From Patescibacteria group bacterium (GTDB lineage: Bacteria > Patescibacteriota > Minisyncoccia > UBA6257 > GWB1-50-10), in assembly GCA_023380415.1 (NCBI GenBank), contig JAMCRC010000025.1:1-56238 (forward strand): 56,238 nt of DNA. The letters run 5' to 3'. The first letter of the stretch is position 1, and the number at the start of each line of letters is the position of its first letter. A model generated the notes under the pieces. It saw nothing but the letters and a program-made list of their open reading frames with translations, was not told the origin of the DNA and searched no databases. This document shows positions 33,874-43,314 of the stretch, in pieces. Both the position numbers and the translations under genes were made by a program.

Positions 33874-34326
33874 ATGATGAAGTACCGAACGGATTCGGCC
33901 GAAAAGACCAGAAGCATCGCCGCCGCACTGGCGGCGACGCTCGACGGCCGGTCGCCTCATCCCCTCGTGATCGGTCTCGACGGCGACCTCGGATCCGGCA
34001 AGACCACTTTTATCCAGGGCTTCGCCAGGGCCATCGGCATAAAGCGCCGGCTGCTTTCCCCCACTTTCCTTCTTATGCGCTCGTACCCCATTCCGAAACC
34101 GCTGGCGAGATACGGCAGGCTCTATCATTTGGACGCTTACCGCTTCAAACGGGCGGAAGAGACCGAGTCCGTCGCCTTGAAGGATGTCCTTCGTGATCCA
34201 CGAAACATCGTCATTATCGAATGGGCGGGGAACATAAAAAGCGTTCTTCCCCGAGACGCTATCCGGATGAAGTTCGAGCACGGCCGCCACGAACACGAAA
34301 GGTACATAGAGGTGAAGATGAAATGA
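33874..34326 (+). CDS. tsaE: tRNA t6A37 biosynthesis ATPase TsaE
   Basis: 150 aa. LDGDLGSGKTTFIQGFARAIG P-loop, SPTFLLMRSY, HLDAYR. Confidence 0.85.
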   Translation: MMKYRTDSAEKTRSIAAALAATLDGRSPHPLVIGLDGDLGSGKTTFIQGFARAIGIKRRLLSPTFLLMRSYPIPKPLARYGRLYHLDAYRFKRAEETESVALKDVLRDPRNIVIIEWAGNIKSVLPRDAIRMKFEHGRHEHERYIEVKMK

Positions 34327-34429
34327 GCCAGCGGGTGCCGCGCCATGCATCCCGTGATAGAACCGGCGTTCGGGCAAGCGCCCCGGGGCGGTCTCCGAAC
34401 GGAGTATGTGGCACGGAAAATGTATTTTC

Positions 34430-35353
34430 ATGAAAAAGCTTATCCTTATAGACGCCAATTCCCTGATCCACCGCGCTTTCCACGCCATTCCTCCGTTCAC
34501 CGCGCCGGACGGTTCGCCTTCGGGCGCGCTTTACGGCCTGTCGAGCCTTCTTCTTAATATCTGCCGAACCGAACGCCCCGACCTCGCCGCGGCCGCTTTC
34601 GATAGGCCGGAGCCGACGTTCCGCAAGGAGGCCTTTTCCGGCTATAAGGCCCATCGGCCCAAGGCGCCCGACGAGCTTATTTCCCAGATCGTCGGCTCCC
34701 ACGATGTCTTCAAGGCCTTCGGCATCGCCACCTTCGAACTGCCTGGGTTCGAGGCCGACGATATTATTGGGACTTTGGCCGCACGGTTTCTCGATGACCC
34801 GGACACCCGGACAACGATACTGACCGGCGACCTTGATGCCCTCCAACTTGTCGAAGACGAACGGGTGGTCGTCGAAATACTGAAAAAGGGAGTGAGCGAG
34901 ACCGTCACTTACGACGAGGCGGCCATCAAAGAGCGCTACGGCCTCGAGCCTGGACAGTTACCCGACTACAAAGGGTTCGTCGGGGACGCCTCCGACAATA
35001 TTCCCGGCGTGAAAGGGTTGGGACCAAAAACGGCCCAAGCGCTGATCGCTCGGTATGGTTCGCTCGATGGTCTGTTTGAGAGAATGCCGGAGACCGATCC
35101 GGCTGCGAGAAAGGTCCTCCCATTCAAAAAAGAGGCGCTTTTCTCCAAACATCTCGCGACCATCCGACGGGACGCGCCGATCTCGCTCAAAAAGGAGGAT
35201 TTGACGTTCACCGGCCTCGATACGGCGAAGATCACGGAGCTTTTCGAGCATCTCGGCTTTCAGAGCCTTAAAAAGCGGCTAAACGGAGAATCGAGCGGTC
35301 CGGCATCCAGGAAGGTGGCGGAGAATAAAAAGGAGACCGGGATGTTGTTTTAG
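34430..35353 (+). CDS. 5'-3' exonuclease (Pol I N-terminal / FEN-like)
   Basis: Track ORF trimmed to MKKLILIDANSLIHRAFHA. Motifs: FEADDIIGTLA, GDLDALQL, GDASDNIPGVKGLGPKTA. Confidence 0.88.
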   Translation: MKKLILIDANSLIHRAFHAIPPFTAPDGSPSGALYGLSSLLLNICRTERPDLAAAAFDRPEPTFRKEAFSGYKAHRPKAPDELISQIVGSHDVFKAFGIATFELPGFEADDIIGTLAARFLDDPDTRTTILTGDLDALQLVEDERVVVEILKKGVSETVTYDEAAIKERYGLEPGQLPDYKGFVGDASDNIPGVKGLGPKTAQALIARYGSLDGLFERMPETDPAARKVLPFKKEALFSKHLATIRRDAPISLKKEDLTFTGLDTAKITELFEHLGFQSLKKRLNGESSGPASRKVAENKKETGMLF

Positions 35354-35395
35354 GGAGTTCAAATCTCCCTTTTTTTGTGCTATCTTGAGCTTGCG

Positions 35396-36517
35396 ATGCT
35401 TAATTTATTCGGCCGGGAAGGGAAAAAGGAGGCAGACCGGTCCGCTCAAGACACGGAGGCGGAATTCCGGGCGATAGTGGAGAACATCCCGGAAGGCGTT
35501 CTGATCTACGACCAAAATTTCAGGATCCTCGCCATCAATAAAGCGGCCGAGGATATCTTCGGCATTAACGCGGTCGAGGTGTTGGAAAACCAAATATCGC
35601 CGGAAATGGCGCAAAAACCGCGATTCCGCCTCCTTACGGAGGTGGTCTTTCCGTCGCTGGCCCCGAGCGTTACCACCATTCAGGACAACGTCTGGCCCCA
35701 GATCATGGACCTGGTCTTCGAGGATCCCCATAGGGAATTCCGGGTAACGCTAAACCGCGTGACCGACGGAACGGGGCAGGCCATCGGATTCCTGAAGCTG
35801 ATCGCCGACCGGACCAGGGAAAAAGAGCTTTTGAGCCAACAAGGAGAATTCCTGACCGTAGCCGCTCATCAATTGCGCACCCCAATAACCGCGCTGAACT
35901 GGACGCTCGAGTCCATTGCTCAAACCCCGAACATCCCCCAGCCGGTCGCGGGCGGGATCCAAGAAAGCCGCAACCTGGTCGGCCGAAGTTTGAAAATAAT
36001 CAATGACCTTCTCGAGGCCTCCCGGCTCGAAGGCGGGCGTTTCGGCCTCAAAAAAGAGCCGGCCGATATGGCGGAGGTGGTGAAGGCGGCCGTTCAAGGC
36101 GCGGCGCCGGTCGCCGAAGAATACGGGGTTACTTTAAGATCCAACCCGAAAGGCCCGATCGTGCTGCCATTCGACGCCGAACGGGTCGGTTTGGTCCTTG
36201 CGAACTTCATCGACAACGCCATCAAGTACAACTCGAAGGGCGGGTTCGTGGAGGTTGATGCCGCCCCGACCGATGACGGCCGATCCGTGAGGGTCAGCGT
36301 TAAAGACAACGGCGTCGGCATCGCGCCGGAGGACCAAAAAAAGCTGTTCCAGAAGTTCTTCAGGGGAAGCAATATAACCCAAATCGAGCCGAATGGAAGC
36401 GGCCTGGGCCTTTACATCGCCAAGAACATAATCGAGGGGCACGGCGGCAAGATCGGGGTCGTCTCGGAGATCGGCCGCGGCAGCGAATTCTGGTTCACCC
36501 TACCTTTGAGGGGCTAA
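35396..36517 (+). CDS. soluble PAS-domain sensor histidine kinase
   Basis: PAS (FRAIVENIPEGVLIYDQNFRILAINKAAEDIFG), H-box AAHQLRTPITAL, N-box NFIDNAIKYN, G1 DNGVGI, G2 GSGLGL. No TM segment, and no adjacent response regulator. Confidence 0.85.
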   Translation: MLNLFGREGKKEADRSAQDTEAEFRAIVENIPEGVLIYDQNFRILAINKAAEDIFGINAVEVLENQISPEMAQKPRFRLLTEVVFPSLAPSVTTIQDNVWPQIMDLVFEDPHREFRVTLNRVTDGTGQAIGFLKLIADRTREKELLSQQGEFLTVAAHQLRTPITALNWTLESIAQTPNIPQPVAGGIQESRNLVGRSLKIINDLLEASRLEGGRFGLKKEPADMAEVVKAAVQGAAPVAEEYGVTLRSNPKGPIVLPFDAERVGLVLANFIDNAIKYNSKGGFVEVDAAPTDDGRSVRVSVKDNGVGIAPEDQKKLFQKFFRGSNITQIEPNGSGLGLYIAKNIIEGHGGKIGVVSEIGRGSEFWFTLPLRG

Positions 36518-36527
36518 AAAACGCTCT

Positions 36528-37067
36528 ATGTCGGGACATAGTCATTGGAAGCAGATAAAGATCCAAAAGGCGAGCACCGATAAAAAGAAGAGCGCCTCCT
36601 TCGCCAAAATATTGAACGCGATCGCCATCGCGGCGCGGTCAGAACCGAATCCAGACTTCAATCCACGCCTCAGAACCTGTATTCAAAAGGCCCGCGAGGC
36701 CCAGGTCCCCCAGGAGAACATCGACCGAGCCGTTCAAAAGGCCAAAGACAAGAATTCCGACCTCAATGAGATCGTTCTCGAGTGCTACGGTCCCGGCGGT
36801 ATAGGCATTTTGATATTGGCGGTGAGCGACAACACCAATCGGACGGTGAATGATGTTAAGTTGGTCCTCAAAGAACATGGGGCGCGGCTCGCCGAACCAG
36901 GAAGCGTTCGTTGGGGATTCGAGCCGGACCAAAAGGAATTCGGTGGATTCAAGGCCAAATTTCCCCAAGACCCCGGAGCGGACCGCGACAGATTGAACGC
37001 CATCATATCGGCCATCGAAGACCTGGACGACGTCCAGTCCGTCGCTACCACCGCCTACCAACAATGA
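36528..37067 (+). CDS. YebC/PmpR-family protein (shortened, 179 aa)
   Basis: MSGHSHWKQIKIQK..., NPRLRTCIQKAREAQVP, YGPGGIGILILAVSDNTNRT, EDLDDVQSV. Confidence 0.85.
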   Translation: MSGHSHWKQIKIQKASTDKKKSASFAKILNAIAIAARSEPNPDFNPRLRTCIQKAREAQVPQENIDRAVQKAKDKNSDLNEIVLECYGPGGIGILILAVSDNTNRTVNDVKLVLKEHGARLAEPGSVRWGFEPDQKEFGGFKAKFPQDPGADRDRLNAIISAIEDLDDVQSVATTAYQQ

Positions 37068-37543
37068 AGACCACCGTCTTGGGCATCGACCCCGGTACGA
37101 CCCGGATCGGGTACGGACTGATTGGCGTCTCCGGTATGGACCTGAGGCACATCGAAAGCGGTCTTTTGCCCGTACCGGCATCAGAGCGTCGTCCAGAGGC
37201 GCGCCTTTTGAATATCGAGCACGAGTTCGAAGAGTTGGTCAGACGGACCAATCCCGGGATCGTCGGCATAGAGAAACTTTTTTTTACCAAGAATAAAAAG
37301 ACGGCGATGAGGGTCGCTGAAGCGAGAGGGGTCATTCTCAAGGCCGCGGCCGGGCTGGGTCTCAGGATAGAGGAAGTGTCACCGTCAGCCGTTAAGATCG
37401 CCGTGACCGGCGATGGTCGGGCCGGCAAGGAAGCGGTCGCCAAGATGACGAACTTAATGCTCAAACTGCCGCCCAGGAAGGTGGTCGACGACGTAACGGA
37501 CGCCCTCGCGATCGCCATCGCGGTGAGCAATACCCGCTTCTAG
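37064..37543 (+). CDS. ruvC: crossover junction endodeoxyribonuclease RuvC
   Basis: Track ORF trimmed to ATG 37064 (ATGA overlap with the yebC stop). MKTTVLGIDPGTTRIGYGLI..., VGIEKLFF, DDVTDALAIAI. Confidence 0.9.
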   Translation: MKTTVLGIDPGTTRIGYGLIGVSGMDLRHIESGLLPVPASERRPEARLLNIEHEFEELVRRTNPGIVGIEKLFFTKNKKTAMRVAEARGVILKAAAGLGLRIEEVSPSAVKIAVTGDGRAGKEAVAKMTNLMLKLPPRKVVDDVTDALAIAIAVSNTRF

Positions 37544-40008
37544 TGGTAGACGATTATATTAAGGGAGTTCGAGGCGCCGGAAGCGTCCGTCGCCTTTACC
37601 GTTATTATGTTTTGGGGGTTCAGCGCCACACCCAAAGAATGGACCAGGTCGTACGTCTCTCCGGACACGGGGATCGTCTGGACCAACGTTCCATTGATAT
37701 CTATCTCGACCGACCGGAGGCCGGCGGGCGAACTAATCGTTGTCCTGAGAGAGATCGGGGATGGCACGAATGACCCGCTCGTGGGATACGTGTTGGAAAA
37801 CGATATTCCGGCCCCCTGTCCGTCCGCGCTCCAAGCGGCCGGGGGCACATTCTGATTGTAATTGGAAAAATTAGGGATGTTCTTCGATGCCCAATCCAGG
37901 ACGGCCGATTCCCAATTATCGAATTGGGAATCGCTTCCCGGATCTTGCGGCACCGGACCTAGGGGGTCGTTTTTATCGGTATAGTAGAGAATGCTGTGGA
38001 CCTGAGGATAGTTCACGCCGCCCACCGAAACGTTGTTTACGTAACTACCGTTAAGCATCGGTTTCGTGACCGGGGGAAGCGGTTCGGGGGTCGGGAAATT
38101 GTCAGGTGGGTAGTTCGGCAAGACCGACCTCAAGAAAGCGCTCCACATCGGTACGGCCGCCAAGATACTAGAACCGTTGCGTTGCATCGGGGCGTAGTTG
38201 GTGTTGCCGGCCCAAACCCCAACGACGAGATCCGGCGTGTAACCGAATGCCCAGGCATCCCTATAATCATTGCTAGTCCCGGTCTTCAAGGCCACATCGT
38301 AGCCGGGGAAGGCGGTCTGACCGCCTCCGGGTCCGAAAAGGGGGGCTCTAAGGTCGACGTTTGAGAGTATCGAATTGATCCATTGGATGTACTTTGGGTC
38401 ATTGACTTGGCTCGCCTGGTCTTGGTATTTCTCCAGCACCGTACCGTTCGAATCGTCAACTTCGAGGACCATCGATTGCTGGTGCTCGACGCCCTCGTCC
38501 GCCAATACGGAATAGGCCTTGAGCATGTCGACCATCTTGACCGCGCCGCCTCCCAGGACCAGGGAAAGCCCGTATTGGTTCGGATCGTTCAGCGTAGTGA
38601 TACCGAAAGATTTAAGCTCGTTCAAAACATTCTGTAATCCGACCAAATAAAGGACCTTGACCGCCGCCACATTGATAGATTCCGGTAGGGCCTGCTCGAA
38701 GGTCAGCGGCCCCTGGAAGCTCTCGAAATCCTGAGGATGGAAACACGGCACGCCCGAAGAGGATGTTTGGTTCGGGATATCGAAATTGGGTACGGCTGGG
38801 CAATTCGGATTGAACTCGGTCGGCACATCGAATACCACCGTATTCGGCGGGTAACCATCCTCCAGGGCCTTGAGGTAAACGAACGGCTTCAGGCTAGATC
38901 CGGGTTGGCGCAACCCCTGGAGGGGCATATCGAAATTTCCGTCGATCGAGGAATCGAAGTAGTCAGCTGATCCGACCAAGGCCAACATCTGGCCGGTTTT
39001 GGGGTCCTCGGCCATCAACGCGCCGTTATCCGAATTATAAAGCTTCAAGTTCCTCGCCACGCCGTCGCTGACGGCCTGCTCGGCCGCCTGCTGCATCGGC
39101 CAATCGAGGGTCGTGACGACCTTCAAGCCGCCATTAAGCACCATATCCTCGCCGTATTTGTTTATTAGGTAGCTCTCGACCGCCATCACGAAATGGGGAG
39201 CTTTAATGGAACCCAATGATTGGGGGGCGAAGGTCAGTTTTTCTTGCTTGGCTTGGTCGGCTTGGGCTTGCGTTATGTACCCGATTTGGGCCATCCGGTC
39301 CAAGGCGTAGTGCTGGCGGGCGATAAGTTCGCTTAAATTATCCCCCCACGGAGAGTAATAGCTCGGAGCTTGGGGCAGGCTCGCTAAAACCGCCGCCTCG
39401 GCCAAATCGAGGTCTTTGACCGGCTTGCCGAAATATGTTTCGCTCGCCGCTTCGACGCCGTAAGCGTTAGATCCATAAGGTATTTGATTGAGGTAAAAGT
39501 CCAATATTTGGTCTTTGGAGTATTTCGCCTCCAATTCGAAGGCCAGGATTATCTCGTCTATCTTCCTAGTGATCGTTTTTTGGGGCGTCAGAAAGGCATT
39601 CCTGGCCAGCTGCTGGGTGATCGTCGAGGCGCCTTGGACGAAGCGTCCCGCCCTAATATCGGCCCACAACGCCCGAGCGATCCCCAGGACATCTATGGCC
39701 GGCCGGGTGTAGAATCCGGAATCTTCGAGGGCAATAGTCGCATCCTTGACCGAACTCGGGATATCGGAGAAGGGAACCACCGTCCTCTTTTCCTGTCCGT
39801 GGATCTCGTAAAGAAGAACTGTGCCGGTTCGGTCGTATATTTTCGTCGATTGACTGATCTCCCGAGTGGAGAATTGGTCCGGTGTCGGCAACGTCCTAAT
39901 GGCGATGACGACGTAGACCGTCCCCGCCACCGCTACCGTCACAAACAAAAAGAATCCGACAACGAGAACGGACAGCCAAAAATTACGCCGGCTCCTTTTG
40001 CGTCCCAT
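37540..40008 (-). CDS. penicillin-binding protein 1A (bifunctional glycosyltransferase/transpeptidase) with long C-terminal extension
   Basis: GT51 motifs EDSGFY, GASTITQQLARN, RKIDEIILAFELE; TP motifs SSLKPF, KTGTSND. Start set at ATG 40008, because the longer track start (40059) lies inside a terminator hairpin. Confidence 0.9.
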   Translation of the reverse strand: MGRKRSRRNFWLSVLVVGFFLFVTVAVAGTVYVVIAIRTLPTPDQFSTREISQSTKIYDRTGTVLLYEIHGQEKRTVVPFSDIPSSVKDATIALEDSGFYTRPAIDVLGIARALWADIRAGRFVQGASTITQQLARNAFLTPQKTITRKIDEIILAFELEAKYSKDQILDFYLNQIPYGSNAYGVEAASETYFGKPVKDLDLAEAAVLASLPQAPSYYSPWGDNLSELIARQHYALDRMAQIGYITQAQADQAKQEKLTFAPQSLGSIKAPHFVMAVESYLINKYGEDMVLNGGLKVVTTLDWPMQQAAEQAVSDGVARNLKLYNSDNGALMAEDPKTGQMLALVGSADYFDSSIDGNFDMPLQGLRQPGSSLKPFVYLKALEDGYPPNTVVFDVPTEFNPNCPAVPNFDIPNQTSSSGVPCFHPQDFESFQGPLTFEQALPESINVAAVKVLYLVGLQNVLNELKSFGITTLNDPNQYGLSLVLGGGAVKMVDMLKAYSVLADEGVEHQQSMVLEVDDSNGTVLEKYQDQASQVNDPKYIQWINSILSNVDLRAPLFGPGGGQTAFPGYDVALKTGTSNDYRDAWAFGYTPDLVVGVWAGNTNYAPMQRNGSSILAAVPMWSAFLRSVLPNYPPDNFPTPEPLPPVTKPMLNGSYVNNVSVGGVNYPQVHSILYYTDKNDPLGPVPQDPGSDSQFDNWESAVLDWASKNIPNFSNYNQNVPPAAWSADGQGAGISFSNTYPTSGSFVPSPISLRTTISSPAGLRSVEIDINGTLVQTIPVSGETYDLVHSLGVALNPQNIITVKATDASGASNSLNIIVYH

Positions 40009-40042
40009 GCGATTGATTTCATTAGTGTAGCATTGGACCGAA

Positions 40043-40076
40043 TAAAAAACGAACACCATCGAAGTTGATGGTGTCC
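40043..40076 (-). terminator. intrinsic terminator closing the dnaA-dnaN(-miniORF) unit
   Basis: In minus sense: GGACACCAUC-AACUUC-GAUGGUGUUC (contains a G:U pair) followed by GUUUUUUAUU. Confidence 0.55.
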
Positions 40077-40088
40077 GTCGTTTGGAAT

Positions 40089-40274
40089 CTAGTAAGCGTC
40101 GGGGTTCTCGATGTCGTCGTCCATTTGATAGTCGTTGCCGACCTCAGCTCCGCCATCATCGGGAACGCCGAATTCGTCGCCGGAGACGGCCTCTTCCGGA
40201 CTGGGAGGAAGAACCTCCTCGTCTTCGTCGCTCCGAGCGGACATATTAATACCGTGCAAAACTAACGTATCCAT
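40089..40274 (-). CDS. possible hyper-acidic mini-protein (61 aa)
   Basis: ORF between dnaN and the terminator. By my count it has 19 Asp/Glu against 1 Arg. No obvious Shine-Dalgarno, so coding status is uncertain. Confidence 0.3.
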   Translation of the reverse strand: MDTLVLHGINMSARSDEDEEVLPPSPEEAVSGDEFGVPDDGGAEVGNDYQMDDDIENPDAY

Positions 40275-40352
40275 AATCAGTAATACTGTCGACCTTTTTG
40301 GTTCAATGGGGAGAGTATAAGGAAGACCCCCAAAATGTCAAATAGTCGATGG

Positions 40353-41456
40353 TTAGCCCCTGATCGGCATGGCGACGTACACGACCGTTTTATCGCCTTC
40401 GCCGATCAAGAGAACCGGTTTCTCCGATGAATTGAAACCGATGACGATATTCTGGGTCTTATGGATCTTCAGGCCGTCCAAAACGTATCGCCAATTGAAT
40501 ATCACCGAGAACCTTTCTCCGGTGGTTTTTACCGGCACTTTGTAACTATTCTCGCCTATGGAAGCGTCCGCCGAATAAACCTCGATGAACTTGCCGTTCT
40601 CGCCTATCCTGATGGTGATGTCGTTGCTCTTCCCGGAGAACGTACTGGCCAGCTTGACCGCGTTGATCAACTCCTGCCGATCGATCGTCACTTCCGTCCG
40701 GCACTCCTTCGGAATAACCGCCTTATAATCCGGGAACCGCCCATCGATCAGCCGGGATATCACCCGCTCACCGTTCCCTTTGAGCAGGATCTGATTCTGG
40801 TCGATTGAGACATCGACTGTCTCCGCGCCATCGAATATCCTTAATATTTCTCCGGCTGTTTTAAGCGGAATTATCACGCTAAAATCCCCAACCGAATCCG
40901 CCACCGCGTTACTCAAGGTTTTCTCGGCCAGCCGGAAACCGTCTGTCGCCACAAACCCCATAACCCCATCCGACGAAGAGACCAAAACTCCGCTGATCTC
41001 CGGACGGATCTCGGAATACTGGGCGGATGGAATGACGCAACCAATAGCATCCTTGAGGTCCTTGGTCGAGATACTGAACGATCCAGCATCGTCCGAAACC
41101 GATGGGATTATTGGGAATTCGTTCGCGTCCTGGCCCTGGACGACCGCTTCGTAGTTATCGGTCGTGATCATGATCTTCTTGTCCTTCTCCTCGATGGTCA
41201 CCCTTTCCGCCGCCAGATTCTTGATTATCGAGTTGAATACCGAGAATGGGACGGCGACCACCCCATCCGCAATAACCTTTCCTGGAACGGCGCATTCGAT
41301 GGCGAGCTCTAGGTTGGTTGACGCGAACAATATTCGGCCGCTCTCGGTTTTCACGAGAAAACTTTTCAGGATAGGAAGATTGGCGTTCTCCCCCACACCC
41401 CGCTCGATAACCCCTAATGCTTCTATTAAGTTAGTTCTTAATATAATTAATTTCAT
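40353..41456 (-). CDS. dnaN: DNA polymerase III beta sliding clamp
   Basis: 367 aa. Three-domain clamp pattern directly downstream of dnaA. Confidence 0.95.
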   Translation of the reverse strand: MKLIILRTNLIEALGVIERGVGENANLPILKSFLVKTESGRILFASTNLELAIECAVPGKVIADGVVAVPFSVFNSIIKNLAAERVTIEEKDKKIMITTDNYEAVVQGQDANEFPIIPSVSDDAGSFSISTKDLKDAIGCVIPSAQYSEIRPEISGVLVSSSDGVMGFVATDGFRLAEKTLSNAVADSVGDFSVIIPLKTAGEILRIFDGAETVDVSIDQNQILLKGNGERVISRLIDGRFPDYKAVIPKECRTEVTIDRQELINAVKLASTFSGKSNDITIRIGENGKFIEVYSADASIGENSYKVPVKTTGERFSVIFNWRYVLDGLKIHKTQNIVIGFNSSEKPVLLIGEGDKTVVYVAMPIRG

Positions 41457-41626
41457 AGTAGTGGTAGTAGTTCCTGGGATTATGTGGATAAGCTAGTAAC
41501 GTTAAGTATTTATTGGTCGTTTCGGTACTAGTGACTGTTGATTATTGTTGATTATATCCGATCCGGTGTGGGTAACTTTTTGTATCGCCCGATTTATTCC
41601 ACAACCCAACCACGTTTTTATTCACA
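41457..41626. other. candidate oriC segment (DnaA-box cluster in dnaA-dnaN spacer)
   Basis: AT-rich spacer. Perfect box TGTGGATAA at 41483-41491. 8/9 boxes TGTGGGTAA at 41567-41575 and TTATTCACA at 41618-41626. TTATTCCACA at 41594-41603. Confidence 0.55.
41536..41555. repeat. perfect tandem 10-mer TGTTGATTAT x2
   Basis: Read directly from the sequence inside the dnaA-dnaN spacer. AT-rich, possibly DUE-like or a protein-binding iteron. Confidence 0.6.
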
Positions 41627-42998
41627 GCTTATACAGGCGTTCTTTGATGAGTAGGATTTTTTGGTTTAACCCTGGATTTTGGCTAATCTCTTTGGATATT
41701 TTATCGCAGGCGTGGATGGCGGTCGTGTGGTCTCTTTTCCCCAACCTATCCCCTATATGGGGGTAGGACATCTTAAGGACCTCCCGCATGAGATACATGG
41801 CTATTTGGCGCGGCTCCACCACCTCCTGCTTCCGGCTTCTTTGGGTCATGTCGGCAGTGGGGACTTCGAAGAATTCGGCCACCGTCTTAACGATGTCATT
41901 GGGGGTTATATTCCTTGGGGCGACCTGGACAGCCTCATTTATTATCTCTTCGAGTTTTTTATTGTCTATTTGGCCGCTCTTATACTGCTCATAGAACACA
42001 ACCTTGTTTAAAACCCCCTCGAGCTCGCGGATGTTCTTTTGGACCCTGGCCGCGATCTGCTCCATTATTTTTTCGTCTAAAACAGCCCCCGTCTCTTTGG
42101 CCTTGGTCTTTAGTATGGCCAACCTCGTCTCGTAGTCCGGATAGACCACATCCACTATCATCCCCCCTTCAAAACGCGACCTGAGGCGTTCCTCGAGGGT
42201 GGGAATGGCGGACGGCGGCCGGTCGGACGAGATGATTATCTGCTTGTTGTTCTCGTATAACGTATTGAATGTGTAAAAAAACTCCTGTTCGGTGGCCGTC
42301 TTCCCGCCGATGAATTGAATATCATCGATTATAAGAACGTCTATATCGCGATATTTCCTTTTGACGTCGTCCATGCGTTTGTTTCTTAGGGCCTGAACAA
42401 CGTCATTGATGAATTTCTCCGATGAGACATAAAGAACGCTTACTTGGTTCTTGTAGGCCAGGATTATCTCATTGCCGATGGATTGAATGAGATGGGTTTT
42501 ACCCAACCCCACGCCGCCGTAAACGAAGAGCGGGTTGTATTTTTTACCAACGTCCTTTACGACCGCTTGGGCGGCGGCGTAAGCCATCTCATTCGACGAC
42601 CCAACGATAAACGTTTTGAAATCGTAGCGCGGATTAAGATTCGTCTTCGGATCGATCCTCGTCTCGATCAATTCGGATTGAGGCCTTACGTCGTTGTCCG
42701 CCTTAGGTTTTTTGACGGATATAGCGATCGGGTTTTTGGCGTTGGCCCCGACCACGACATAGTCGATGTTCTTGATGGACCCATCGATGTTCCGGAGCGA
42801 CCCGAGAATTATCTTGTGGTACCGGCTTTTGACCCACTCTTTGGCGAAGTTATTCGGCAGGCCGACCAACGCCACCCCGGTATCCTTTTCGTCTTTCCCG
42901 AGGAACTGGCTATTCTTAAGCCAGGTCAGGAAATTAGGCCGCGATATTTGCAGCTCGATATCTCCCAAGACCGTTTGCCATACGTCTTCGTGGTTCAT
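41622..42998 (-). CDS. dnaA: chromosomal replication initiator protein DnaA
   Basis: 458 aa. GGVGLGKTHL Walker A, LIIDDIQF, and a C-terminal DnaA signature ...HTTAIHACDKI. Confidence 0.97.
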   Translation of the reverse strand: MNHEDVWQTVLGDIELQISRPNFLTWLKNSQFLGKDEKDTGVALVGLPNNFAKEWVKSRYHKIILGSLRNIDGSIKNIDYVVVGANAKNPIAISVKKPKADNDVRPQSELIETRIDPKTNLNPRYDFKTFIVGSSNEMAYAAAQAVVKDVGKKYNPLFVYGGVGLGKTHLIQSIGNEIILAYKNQVSVLYVSSEKFINDVVQALRNKRMDDVKRKYRDIDVLIIDDIQFIGGKTATEQEFFYTFNTLYENNKQIIISSDRPPSAIPTLEERLRSRFEGGMIVDVVYPDYETRLAILKTKAKETGAVLDEKIMEQIAARVQKNIRELEGVLNKVVFYEQYKSGQIDNKKLEEIINEAVQVAPRNITPNDIVKTVAEFFEVPTADMTQRSRKQEVVEPRQIAMYLMREVLKMSYPHIGDRLGKRDHTTAIHACDKISKEISQNPGLNQKILLIKERLYKL

Positions 42999-43176
42999 TT
43001 GATTCCAATTTTATTCATCGAAAACGTCGACCGCCGCTCCAAAACCGAATCACCATTCAAGTTCCTGTTTATGATAGAAGGATTTTGAAACGATGCAATG
43101 TTGCGGAAACGGGTCCTATGTGCTTTAATTGTGCATTATCTGTTGATAGTCGTTACAGGTTATAATTCAAAGGTAA

Positions 43177-43311
43177 ATGAGCGTCACTTATCAGCCGAAG
43201 AAGAGGAAGCGGGTCCGGGCGCACGGGTTTCTGAAGCGTCGGCGGTCGGCGAGCGGCAGGAATGTCGTTAAGAGCCGCCGGCAGAAGGGCCGCAAGCGCT
43301 TGACGGTCTAA
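43177..43311 (+). CDS. rpmH: 50S ribosomal protein L34
   Basis: Not in the track (44 aa): [44 protein letters not shown]. Confidence 0.9.
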   Translation: MSVTYQPKKRKRVRAHGFLKRRRSASGRNVVKSRRQKGRKRLTV

Positions 43312-43314
43312 TTC

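Noticed and set aside
40009-40059. The longer PBP1A start (track ORF start at 40059).
   Set aside because: It would place the first 17 codons inside the minus-strand terminator hairpin and U-run that closes the dnaN unit. ATG 40008 (MGRKRSRRNFW, followed by the TM helix) fits better.
43143-43166. TTGATA (43143-48) plus TATAAT (43161-66) as the rpmH promoter.
   Set aside because: The spacer is only 12 nt, and the -10 lies just 10 nt from the ATG, which conflicts with use of the AAGG ribosome-binding site. It is not reported as a feature.
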